Shown here one piece after another: positions 9,697-21,200 of a DNA stretch of 64,000 nt. Source of the stretch: a virus. Lineage: Duplodnaviria > Caudoviricetes. A program made the translations under genes and the position numbers. The DNA lies in the IMG/VR virus record IMGVR_UViG_3300039189_000053, positions 2,012-66,011 of that record. One strand, written 5' to 3'. The stretch's first letter is position 1; the number at the start of each line of letters is the position of its first letter. Under the pieces are notes generated by a model that ran no database searches, was not told where the DNA came from, and saw nothing but the letters and a program-made list of their open reading frames with translations.

Positions 9697-10458
9697 ATGG
9701 GTCTACTTAACAACCTCGTATCAGCACAAGACAAGTCCATCAACAACGAAAAAGACACCGTTGGCGCAAGCTACGGTCCTCTGGAATCCGGTCTGTACCC
9801 GGTCACCATCGACATTGCGTATGTCGAGAAGAAGAAAAGCGGTGCTTTGTTCCTCAACGTGGTCCTGAAAACCGATAACGGTCAGGAACACAAAGAAGGC
9901 TTGTGTGTCACATCCGGCGATGCCAAAGGCAACAAGTCGTACTACGAAAAAAACGGCGAGCGTTTCTTCCTGCCAGGCTTCAACCACGCCAACGCACTGG
10001 GCCTTCTGGCTGTCGGCAAAGAGTTGCAGGAGATGGACACTGAAACCAAGACCATCAAGCTGTACAACTACGAAGCTCAGAAAGAGCTGAACACCGACGT
10101 GGAAATGGTCACCGATCTGGTAGGCGAGCGTGTCATTGTTGGCCTGCAAAAGCAGATCGTCGACAAGAACCAGCAAGCTGACGACGGCTCTTACCAGCCC
10201 ACCGGTGAGACTCGTGAAACCAACGAGATCGACAAAGTGTTCCGTGAAAAGGACCACATGACCGTTGCTGAGATTCTGGCTCAGGAAGACGAAGCGGCGT
10301 TCTACGCAACGTGGGACAAGAAGAACACCGGCATTACTCGCAACAAAGCCAAAGGCGCTGTTAACGATGCCAACGGCGGTGTTGCAGCAGCAACGTCTGG
10401 TGCACCTGCAGCCCAAGGCGGCGGTGGTGCTGCTCAGCGCGGTTCACTGTTTAAGTAA
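9697..10458 (+). CDS. Single-stranded DNA-binding protein / late transcription activator (N4 gp45-like)
   Basis: LESGLY, SGA, LPGFN and TGETRETNEIDK motifs; flexible tail ending SLFK; gene order. Confidence 0.85.
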   Translation: MGLLNNLVSAQDKSINNEKDTVGASYGPLESGLYPVTIDIAYVEKKKSGALFLNVVLKTDNGQEHKEGLCVTSGDAKGNKSYYEKNGERFFLPGFNHANALGLLAVGKELQEMDTETKTIKLYNYEAQKELNTDVEMVTDLVGERVIVGLQKQIVDKNQQADDGSYQPTGETRETNEIDKVFREKDHMTVAEILAQEDEAAFYATWDKKNTGITRNKAKGAVNDANGGVAAATSGAPAAQGGGGAAQRGSLFK

Positions 10459-10516
10459 ACCGTTCGTCACACCCGGGGCTTCGGTCCCGGTCATCCATTG
10501 ATCTAAAGGACAGTAC

Positions 10517-10651
10517 ATGCCAAACGATCAAGCGATTGAAAACCAGATCAAAGCCAAAGGCTTGAATGCCCCACGCATCAGTCTGGCTCACGTACAGTCT
10601 ATGATGCTTCGAATTGGTTACCGGCTGTGGGCGGAGATGAACCATGGTTGA
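10517..10651 (+). pseudogene. Internally deleted N4 Gp49 / Sf6 gp66-family protein
   Basis: MPNDQAIENQIKAKGLNAPRIS matches the family N-terminus and GYRL the C-terminus, but the ORF is only 44 aa; RBS AAGGA. Confidence 0.55.
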
Positions 10652-10922
10652 TCGCATTAAGCATTATCAGTGCATCAAGCAGGTTCACGCTGAGCCCATG
10701 ACCTACGGCCATTTCAAATCGTCCATTCGCAATGTGCGGGACGTGAAAGGCATGGACCCAACTGCTCCGGGCTACCATGTGATCTACAGCAAAGGCACAG
10801 CCGATGAGTACCATTCGTGGTCACCCAAAGCTGTCTTTGAAGAAGGTTACATCGAGATCCCTGAAGGCAAGTCCGCCAAAGTCCGGTCTGGTATGCGCCA
10901 GGCTAAGGGCATGCTGTCGTGA
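10644..10922 (+). CDS. Conserved small phage protein (GYxVxY...SWSPKxVFExxY family)
   Basis: KQVHAEPM...GYHVIY...SWSPKAVFEEGY. Confidence 0.75.
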   Translation: MVDRIKHYQCIKQVHAEPMTYGHFKSSIRNVRDVKGMDPTAPGYHVIYSKGTADEYHSWSPKAVFEEGYIEIPEGKSAKVRSGMRQAKGMLS

Positions 10923-11524
10923 GCCAAGGCATTCCCGTACTGGGTATGGACCCATCGTTGAATAACTGGGGCCTGGCCTACGGGCTTTACCGTCCGGACA
11001 CCGGAGAACTCACTGTGAAAACGGTGCAGGTCATCCAACCACAATACGCAACCGGTAAACAGGTGCGGCAGAACTCCAAAGATCTGGAACGCGCCGAAGC
11101 CTTGTTTGCGGGAGCCATGGATGCCTGTAAAGGCGCCAAAGCTGTGTTTGTGGAAGTCCCGGTCGGTAGCCAGTCTGCCCGAGCTATGGCGTCTTACGGC
11201 GTCTGTGCGGGTGTGTTGGGATCGCTTCGTGCAGCCGGAGTGCCTTTCTTTGAGATCACACCCACTGAAGTAAAGCTGGCTACGGTTGGCAATAAAACCG
11301 CCAGTAAAGCTCAGATCATTGATCGAGCTATCCGGTACCACCCTGACGCCAACTGGCCCATGCAAACCAAAAACGGTGTGGTGTCTCCCATTGCCAGCAA
11401 GGCAGAGCACATGGCCGACGCCATCGGTGCAATCGAAGCCGGTGTTGATCTGCCGCAATTTAAACAAGCCATTCAATTTTTAACCAGGGCATACGCCCTG
11501 AACGCTGATAAGGAAACCCAATGA
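10919..11524 (+). CDS. RuvC-like Holliday junction resolvase (N4 gp46-like)
   Basis: VLGMDPSLNNWG, VFVEVP, PTEVKL, ASKAQI and HMADAIG. Confidence 0.85.
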   Translation: MSQGIPVLGMDPSLNNWGLAYGLYRPDTGELTVKTVQVIQPQYATGKQVRQNSKDLERAEALFAGAMDACKGAKAVFVEVPVGSQSARAMASYGVCAGVLGSLRAAGVPFFEITPTEVKLATVGNKTASKAQIIDRAIRYHPDANWPMQTKNGVVSPIASKAEHMADAIGAIEAGVDLPQFKQAIQFLTRAYALNADKETQ

Positions 11525-11922
11525 AAGTACAGATCCAACTGGAACAGGCCGACATTGAACAGGCCATCCGTGACTACGTTGCTGCCAACGGCATCTCCAG
11601 TCCGGTCAACGAAGTAAAGTTCAACGTCACCCGCAAAGGCGGCACAGGCATTGAAGCTGATGTTCAACTGGGCGATGCAGACGCTGCACAAACCGTTGAG
11701 CAAGCAGCACCGGCCAAGGTTGCTGATAGCACTAAGCCGTCCAAGCCAGCGCCCAAAAAGGCTGAGAAGCCTGCACCGACTCCTGAGCCAATCAAGGAAG
11801 AGGATGACAAGGTACCGTTCGATGCCGACGCCGAAGAGAAAACACCCTCTAAGGATACCGAGTCTGCAAACGATTCGACGGAAGCCGAGCCAACCAAAGA
11901 GAGCCGCAAGCTCTTCGGCTAA
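11521..11922 (+). CDS. Conserved N4-like protein with Pro/Lys/Glu-rich tail ending KLFG
   Basis: MKVQIQLEQADIEQAIRDYV N-terminus; gene order. Confidence 0.75.
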   Translation: MKVQIQLEQADIEQAIRDYVAANGISSPVNEVKFNVTRKGGTGIEADVQLGDADAAQTVEQAAPAKVADSTKPSKPAPKKAEKPAPTPEPIKEEDDKVPFDADAEEKTPSKDTESANDSTEAEPTKESRKLFG

Positions 11923-11934
11923 TAGGAGGTTCCT

Positions 11935-12108
11935 ATGGACCTTCTAAAGACGATAGGCAGAGGCATACTAGCCGGAATCATCACCTGTGCTCTCATAGGG
12001 TTGGGACTGGCCGTGGCTCTGTTTTCGTCGATTCTCTCAGTCCTGTTTACGATTGCGCTGATCTTCACCTGTGTCTGGTTCGTCCTGAGATGGATGGCAG
12101 ATCGGTAG
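11935..12108 (+). CDS. Small two-TM membrane protein (57 aa)
   Basis: Strong RBS AGGAGG; MDLLKTIGRGILAGIITCALIGLGLAVALFSSILSVLFTIALIFTCVWFVLRWMADR. Confidence 0.75.
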   Translation: MDLLKTIGRGILAGIITCALIGLGLAVALFSSILSVLFTIALIFTCVWFVLRWMADR

Positions 12109-12138
12109 CGGTCACAACACACTGAGTGATTGACCATG

Positions 12139-12167
12139 AAAAGCCCCCAGATTTTGGGGGCTTTTTT
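12139..12167. terminator. Bidirectional intrinsic terminator between middle genes and vRNAP
   Basis: AAAAGCCCCCAG...TTGGGGGCTTTTTT at the convergence point. Confidence 0.8.
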
Positions 12168-12210
12168 GGTGAATAGAAACAAGCCCCGGTGTTACGAGGC
12201 TTCTTTGTGT

Positions 12211-15200
12211 TTACCAGAGTTTCAACAGCATGTGGATCGGGAATATGGATTCCAGACCCTCACCGTAGTTCAGCACACCCGACTCCATTGGGTTGTTGAT
12301 ATCCGGTCCTGCTTCCACAAACGTGGGCAGGCCACCGAAATACTGATCCAACAGCACCATACTGATACCCCGGCCACCGCGTTCACGGAACAACCGCCAC
12401 AGCACTTTTTGTGCGCGTAGGTAGTATTTGGTGAAGAACACCAGGCCGGTATCGTTCAGATACTGCATGGCCTTGTGCGTGGGTACGTCGTAGTTAATGA
12501 ACGTATCCGAGATCACCTGCAATGCCGTTTCATGATCCATCGGTGCATCCTGGCGATTAACCAGTTCCTGGTACAGCGTGTATCGCGCCACAAAGTCACT
12601 CATCTGAGTGGCCCGGGACAACGTTTTGTACACCGCTGTGTCGTGAGTCATAAACAGGTTTTTGGTGACCGTCTTCACCCCTTTCGGAACATTCTCCGTG
12701 CGGGCGTCCAACCGCTTACGCAGCCGGCTGGTGAAGCTGTAATCACTGTCCGTTGTGTCCACGTCTTCCAGAATCGTCTGGAACATGCCTTCATCAATCA
12801 GCATTTTAACCGGGTTGCGGTCCATGCTGTCCTGCAGTTCGGCCATGGTTTGCTTCTGCTCTGACGTGGCCAGTCCAACACGATCCAGGCGAGCCAGTGT
12901 CTGCAGCTCGTCCTGATCCTTGGAATACTTCAACAATCCCTGCACGGCTTCTTTGTGACGTTGACTGATGTTCTCCAGGCTAACGCCCTGCCACACCAGA
13001 ATGCTGACGTTGGAGCCGATGTTATTGATCAGCGTGAACACGTTCTTGATTACCCAGGCATCTTTGATCTGCCGAATAATGTCCTGCCACGCATCTTCAA
13101 ACTGACGAACCCGCATCTTTGCCTGGGCCCGGGTTGTATCAACACCAATCTGCGGCAACCAGTCCATCAGGCCTTCCATAACCCCAACAAACGCACTTTC
13201 AAACCCATTACGATAATCGCTATGTTTATCCCAGATAGACGACAGGCTGTATTTCCGATACCCGAAAATCATGTTGTACACGTCGCGGCGAACATACAGT
13301 TTGCGTCGACCGTCTGCCCCGCGTAGCTGACGCTTCACGTCTTCTGGCAGCAACCGGTAATCTTCCTGAACCACTGGGTCCGGAGACACGGCACTGACTT
13401 CTATGAAGCGTTCTGGATGATCCGTCATTTCATCCATCTCCATCTGATGCAACGCGTCTAGTACCCGCTGGTTTTGCAGCGGTGACATTTGCTTATCAAA
13501 CGTGTTGCTCAGTGTGGCGCCCAACACTTCTTCCGCGCGGTTGTCTCGGTCCAGTACCGTATCCTTGGTGGATTCTTCCATCAGGTACCGGTAGTCCGTG
13601 ATGTTACCCTGCGGATCGTAGATCGGTGCCGTAAAGCCTTCACGAACATTGGCAGGCTCAAAGTTCTTGCCTTTGGCGCTGGCACTTTGAATGTAGTGTT
13701 GCCCTGTCCGATTCATCCGTGCCTTTTCCCGGTTACGCCGGGACAGGCTCGAGACTTCACCCAGTGACGATGTGCCTTTGCTCCGCTTGCCGGTCATTGA
13801 AAAAGACCCAGTCACTCGGCTCTGCATACCGCCATAGGGCATCATCATCATCACCTGATCTTCCCGATCTGTGCGTTCCATGGGATCGCGTGGCAGCTTG
13901 TCCGACACCAATACCCAACCTTTGGCCTGATAGCGTTCCATCTCTGACCGGGCCACCACGGTCACGTCCCGGTGTGGGTTGTAAAGCTCGCGGGTGTAGC
14001 CTTTGGCCATGAACGTTTTATCGCCGCCAAACACGGTGCTCAGTGCATCCTCTTTTGACGCCTTATGGGTCAGTAAGGTGTACAGCATCCCGCTTTTTTC
14101 GTTACGCAGATTCTCCCGACGAAACACTTCGGAAGTTCTGGTCCTGTCACTCTCACCGGTGTACGACAGAGCGTACAGCGACACCAGCGGATCCAGGACT
14201 TTCTCAGCCGCGTTGGCCTCGGCCTCCGTAACAGACGCATTATCCACCCCGTACAGACGGGACAGCGTGTAAGCGTTCTTGTTCAGGTGCGCCACTTTCA
14301 CCTTGCCGGTGGTCATGTGGTAACCCAACGCTTTGGCATACGCCAGGTAGTAGTCGGTGTGGTAGCCCAGATCCTGAAGCTGGGTTTCCCAGTCTTCAAT
14401 GGCTTGCTGTAGCCGCTGTGGGTCACGCACCATCGCTTCCAGGTCTTCCTGGCTGTAATGCTCAGCCAGTGATGACAGATCCGTTCTCAGGATCACCCGG
14501 GTAATGGACTCACTCTCTTCGTCCGTCAACGCATCAAAACTTCTGCGAATGTCCCGTGACGTTCCATCTTTGATGTGTTTGCGGTCCCGTTCGTTTTTGC
14601 CGGCCATTCGCAACAGTTTAAAAAACGCCTGCGTTTTGTCAGTCGCACCCAGCACTTCAGTAACCATTGACTGAAGCAGGTTCTGGCGCTCGGACTGCGT
14701 ATTGGTCCGGTAGTTGGCAAGGCTGTTAACCAGCTCTTCCACCCGTTTCTTCGCATCTTCACTGCGAACGCCAGTCAGTTTCTCAGCCACCGCGTCCTGT
14801 CCGATCGCACTCAGATCGTCAAACCAGTCAAAAGCACTGATACGTTCTTTTGAGAGCTCCGCTTTACGCTTGGCCTGAATGTCGGCCAGTCTCTGGCTCA
14901 GCTTCAGAATTCGGGCGTTGTCCGCCTGCTGTGCGTTGGTGTTGTTCATCCGGTCGCCCAAGCGACTGGTCACAGAATCAAACCAAGAATTGAATGTCTC
15001 ACCTTCTGCCGTGGACTTTTCCAGTGCCGCGTTCACCTTTGGGTGTACCAATGCCAGAGCCGCAAAGCGACTCAAATGACGGGTCCGGTTTTCACCCGGC
15101 TCCTGGGTAATGTCAAACAGGAAGTCGTACTGTGCCTGGGCTTGATCCGGGTCATTCGACAGATCGCTTGGATCAATCGAACGCTTTGCCCGTGAGAACG

Positions 15201-18200
15201 TGCGAACCAGTGCCTTATAGGCCGTAGTGTCTGTGGCCAGTGCCGCTTCGATAGAGACTTCGGCCTGCTCCAGTACAAACAGTTCCTGATCCGTTAGGTA
15301 GAATACCCCGCCTGCCTCTGTGGCAAACGGCATCTCACCGGACACAATCGCGTCAGTGTAAACCTCGGCCGGTGTTGCCAGACCGTCGTTCGCCACCCAT
15401 GCGCCATAGGGGCCATGTACCGTAGATACGATGGTTCGCAACACTTCCCTCAGTTGTGCGTCATTGGCCGTGCCTCGATCGCTGGCCAGTGCGTCATACA
15501 CCTGTTCGCTGGTCCACTGTGCCGCGGTATTACCGACACTGTCTTGCTGTTTGGCGGTGGCCTCGGTTGTGCGGGTACGTGCCTGCTTGGCTTCGTGCAT
15601 CAAACCAGCACCGTTCACAATGACCGCCTCCAGACCAGTGTCCTTGATCTTGCCAGCGTCTTGACCAAACAGCATGCCCTTGATCGCATCCACAAACGCC
15701 ATCAGTCCCTTGACCAGGCTTTTCTTGTTCCGTGTCTTGTACCGGACTTTTGACAACAGTTCCTGGAACTCGGGATTCGACAGACCCCAAGCCAGTAACT
15801 CGTGCTCGTTATCCAGTGCGTTGGTCTGCTCCCACCGGGCTTTCAGCTCGGCGTTCTCTGGCTTGTCCAGATAGACCTGAGTAGCCCGACGCAAAGACTC
15901 CAACTCTTTGGTGAACTTCTGGGCCTTGCGGCTCCCGTTCCCGTTCTGAGCATCGTCAACAACGTGATACAGCACACTGTGCAGCACCTCGTGAGTCACC
16001 ATTTCCGGGGTCAGCCCTGACTCAACAAAGTCCGGGCTCTTCAGGTAAATCTTCTCCACACCGTTGCGGAAGTTCCAGAACCCCTGAGCTTCGCTCACGT
16101 CTTCGTCGGGCATACCGTCAGTGGGTGTGTCTTTGGTGACGTACTGAATTTCAATGTCCGGATCCACCAGTTTCTGCAATGCTTGTGTCAGCTTGGTTCG
16201 TGGCAGTTGTGCCACCAGATCCCGTACCTTCATGTTCGGGTTGTTTGCCAGCAGACTTACCAATGCACTGTCACTGGTGTGTACCGGCGTACCGACGGTT
16301 CCCCACGCAGGTTCTGTTCCAGCAGACTCATCAATGTCAGGTTCAGCGGCTTCAGCCAGGGACTGTTCACGCAACGCCTGATCGCCCAGCACTCGCTGGG
16401 ATACCGTGGTCTTTGCACGCTCAGCAATGCGCGTATAGTCGGCATCAGTCAGTGTGTATTCACCGCCTTCCACGCCGTACTGATTCACAGTCTGCAGTGC
16501 TGCCAAAAGTGCCAGCTTATTCGCCTCGGCCTGATCGGCTGCCCGCAGAGCACTCATCAGATCCCCTTTTACATTCTCAATAGAACCGTTCAGCGCGTCT
16601 TTATAGGCTTTGCGGAACTCTGGATCCTGCTCCATTTCAAACAAGCGCCCTTCAAAGTCACGCAGCACACGGTAGCCCGTCTGCATGAAGGCTTCCGGTA
16701 GCGAGTAATTGACCAGGGCTTTCAGAGTCTCCTGGTTCATTCGCTCAGCAACGGTCTGCATTTCAGGAGCGGCCACAATCGCAGCATCGTGTACGTTCAG
16801 CGCCTGGAAGTTCGTGTACGTCCTTGACGCAATCGCACTGTCCAGAGCGTGCGCCGACATAATGAACGAACGGACGCCCGGGTCGCTGTATTCATGGGCT
16901 CTGCCGAAGCCGTTCAAAGCCGTGCGCTGACCCGAGTTATTCACCCGCTCGCGGTTTTTCTTGTCGGTCCAGCTTACGTCTGTGTCGCCGGTCACCGGTA
17001 TCGGCTGAGCGAACGTGCTCCCTACTTCAAACGCTGGATTGTCTTTTTGCACTTGCGACTCTATATCCGCCATGTGCAAACCAGCGCCCAATTCACTGCT
17101 GCGCTTAGACATAGCGGTGTGCATCACCGGCGTTGCCGCGCGGATACGTGCGTTCAACTCTTCTTCCTGGCGAGCCGTCAACGTCTGCAGCGGCTCACCC
17201 TGTTTGTTGGTTTTGATGTTCAGTTCTTTCAGGAACTTGCGTTTCTCAAAATTCCGAACCAGTTGGAACATGGAATAGCTGTGGCTGGCCACCCTATTCA
17301 TCTGGTCGCGGAACTCAATGAAATCACCAAACTGTTCTTTCAACGCGGTCTTAACGTGCTTGCCCAGGGTAATTTCAAACTGAGCCACGGCATGGTTGCG
17401 CTGCTCAGAAGTCAAGGTCAGTCGCTGTGCCTGAACCAGTGACGTAGGAATAGGCGCCTTCGCGTTCTTGGGCAGCAATGGATTCAATGTCTTGACCAGA
17501 CGCTGTGCGTCCTCAAGGCGATCGCTGTCAGGCTTGCCACTGTTAAGCGCGCCTTCAAGCTGCTCAAAAAACAGATCGACCATCTCCTGGCCCATGCTGT
17601 TAATGGCTTTGCCAATACCAGACCCGAACGCCATTGCAGTCAGCGGTGTCTTGACCCGCTTACGGCCGTCACCAGATACCGGACGTGGGCCATCAACCTC
17701 TTCATCGCGCTTTTGTGGCTCATTTGTAAACGAGCCCATCAGAGCAAACACGCTGGCGTACTTGGTCTTGCCTTCTGCCATAGCACGCTGATACGCCTTT
17801 CGGGCCAACTCATCCACCCGGACAGCCAGACTTTGATACAAGTCATTGTTGGCGTCGTCTTCTTGCCAGGCGCCGGCACTCTGATGCTTGGCACCTTTAC
17901 CAAAGAAGCCCATCTTCTCGACCAGAGTCAGGCCTGAGTCCACCGACTTCCAGGCACCGGACAAGATCGTTGCCAGGGCTGGGCCGTTGGTAATGCCGTC
18001 ACCTTCACGAACCAGAGTTGAGGTGAATTCACCGGCGCCGGTCTTTTTGGCAGTCTGCCACCGTGACAAGTTCACCAGCGCATCGAACGTATGGAACTGC
18101 TCCTTACGTCCAACAAAGTCAGCCAGTGCCGAGACTTCTTCCGGCGTGACTGTCTGGCCTGTGGTCAGTCTGGTGACGGTGTCAATGTGCGGCTGAGCCT

Positions 18201-21200
18201 GCTTCACTTCCTTGTCAAAGTGCTTCAAAGAACGCTCGTTGGTCTGTTTATCCACCGGCGCACCCAGGCCTTCCAGAACCGCCAACTTGAACTGGCGGAA
18301 GTTGTGCTGGGCTTTCTTGCTGATGCCTTTGCCTGCCCCTTTAACCGGTACGGTGTAAGACCATTCCGGCATTTGCAGCATAAACCGGTGCACTTTGCTG
18401 GTCAGCGGATTCACCGTGTTCGACAACATGCCGACTCGCTGGTTAACCCAGACAGACAGCGGAAAGTAGAACGGCTTGTTGGGCTCATCCACAAACTCTT
18501 CGCGGTTGTAGAAATCCAGTAAGTGATCCACTTCCCGGTACAACGCGTCGTTCTTACCGTCCACAGACGCCTTGTTGGTTGCCTGCACAATGTAATTGGT
18601 CAGGTCTTTTGCCCCGGCCATACGCGCCAGCAACTCCCGGCTCTGACCCGGCAGCATCAACTCCAGTTGCTCAACCAGTGCTTTCATATCCTGGCGAATC
18701 GTCCACTGTTTGGTGGCCATCTCGTTTTCCAGGATCTTCTTCTGCTCAGACGGAATGTTTTCATCCCGGCCCTTGGTGGTCTTTTGCGTCATCTTTGGTG
18801 GCTCAAACACCGGCCCCGTGGTTTCGTTTTCCACGGCAAACAGTTTGTTGCCAATCGACTTGCTGCCTTTACTGGCGTCGTACAGTTCAGCGGCACTGTC
18901 GACCGGTGTGCCGTCTTCATTACGAGCCAGTCGTGTGAACCAATGGATGGGTTTGGACGTGCGGTTTTCCGCTTTGGTGGCGTTCTCTTCTTTGAAGAAC
19001 TCACTGCGAACACCTTCCCGGATCAGGATTTCCTGACGGTACAGTGCCTGCAAAGCCGCGTGACCCAGTGCCAATTCCAGTTGAGCAACCGCGTTGTTCG
19101 GTGCGTCTTTGGAGGATTTCAATCCCAACGCCTCAATGGCTTTACGACCCAGATCGTGAACAATCACCGATTCGTAGCTGCCTTTGTCATACAACGCGTC
19201 GTATTCAGGACCGGTTACCTGCTCGGCCGACGACCTGTCCACCATGCTGGCGATCTGCTTGCGCGTGTTGTACTGATTTCCCGCGGCCAGATCCTGAACA
19301 AACTGGCTTGCCGCTACCGAAATTGCAGTCTGTACGTTCTCCGGCAAGTTGCCCTCGGCATCGGCAAAGAATTGCAGGAAGTCGTACCGACGACTGGTGT
19401 CTGTTGTCCGTTTCTTGAAACCGTCCGCCACTTTGGCATTGGTCGCTTCAATGAAGCGTGTCAGAGCTTTCAGGTAACGAACCTGTTGCGAGTCTTCCGC
19501 CTGATCCAGGTCTTTTACAAACGGCTCCAGGCCGGTCCCGTTGTTGGCCACAGCAGGCTGTAAGATTTCACTCAGGAAGTTTTCCCGCGTGGTCAACGGA
19601 TGCTTGGATCGGCCATCGTCGATGAGTTTACGGACAATGAAGTACGCTTCTATCAGGTTGGTCGAATCCAGCAAGTCCGGAGCCAGTTGCCCTTTCACCG
19701 GGGTAAATGTCAAACCATAGGCGGTGGCACTCTCATTGCCTGCATCGTTTTCACTGCGTCCTGGTGCAGTCTCTGATTCAGGCTGTCCAGAGTCTCGCCC
19801 ATCTCCAACAGGCTCTGCCACGTCTCTGGTGGTATCGGTAGGTGTTTGATCTCCGTCTGCCCCAACTTCAGCATCTTCGGTGGGTTTAGCGTCAGTTCTT
19901 GATTCATCTGCTGCTGGCGCCTCTGGTTCTGCTTGCGCTGTAGTTTCCGATTGTTCAGTTTCTTCTGGGCGTTGGTCAGCTTGCGTCTGGGCATCGGTGG
20001 TTCCCTGTGTAGTTGCAGTGTCTGGACGTTGGGCCACTTCAATAGCAGCACTCAATTCTTTACCGGTCGCAATGATTGCCTGAGCTTCCTGGGCAATGCG
20101 TTGAGCCAGCTTCTTGGAACCCGGCGCCTGTGAGAACTGCAGGCCGCCATTGGCACGCAGCAACGCATCGTCTGCCTTACCACGGCCTGGACGCTTCACC
20201 CACCCATCGGCGCTGCTCGGATCGGACCACAGGGCCATCTGCTGACCCGGGCGTGATTCAGCCTGAGCTTCTTTTGCCAGTCGGGCCTTGGCTTTGTGAC
20301 GTTTGGCAAAGGAACGTAGCTCGTTCAGGTACTCATTGGCTGAGTCGGTATCGCCGGCTTCCAGAGCCGCGTTTACCAGAGAACGGTATTCTGGCAGTGA
20401 ACGGAACCCGTCTTTGCCTTTCTCACTGAGTAGGTCATTGGTAGTGCCGTCTGTGCCTGTGAGCTTGCCTCTGGCTTTAGCAGCTTTGGACAAGGTCTTG
20501 AGATAGGTCTGTTCCTGGGAATCCAGCAAAGAGCCTGTGGACTCGTTCAGCGCGGTTACTGATTCATCCGGCAAGCTGCTGGTGTCTTTCATCAACAGAG
20601 TGACCGCACGTTTACCCGCACTTTTGCGAACGTCAGAGCCCTGATTGGCGTCTGTGGCCGTTTGCAGAAGTTTATCCACATCAACGTCCGTTTCTTCCTG
20701 AGACTTCAGAACACTGCGACGTTTGCGGATTACATCAAGAGCGCCCTGAAGCTCGGCACTCTTTTCCCGAACCCTGGCTTTCATATCCGGCGCGTTATCA
20801 AACGCACCCCGGACCTTGGCTTTCAATGCAGCCTGCTCTTCTTTCAAACGCTGGAGCCCGTCCTGGTCACCGGTCTGTCTTGCAGCCTTTGCCAATGACT
20901 TCAAGCGTTTCATCTGGCTTTTGACCGCTTCTTTGCCACGGGCCGTTGCCCCGGCAAACTGCGCTTCAGTCGCATCCAGTTGCTTGTTCAGCTTGGTTTC
21001 CAGTCGAGCCAGTGATTTCTTGCTCGCCTTACGGATCTTCTTGGGTAACTTCTTGTTGACCGCTGTTTTGTGCAGAGCAAAAGCAACCCGTTCGATCGGG
21101 AACGATTCGGTGTCTTCCAGAGTCTCGTAATCACCGTCAATGATTGCCTCGGCAATCTTGGTATCAACCTGGCGTGCTTCTTCGTTACGCACTTCCTGAC

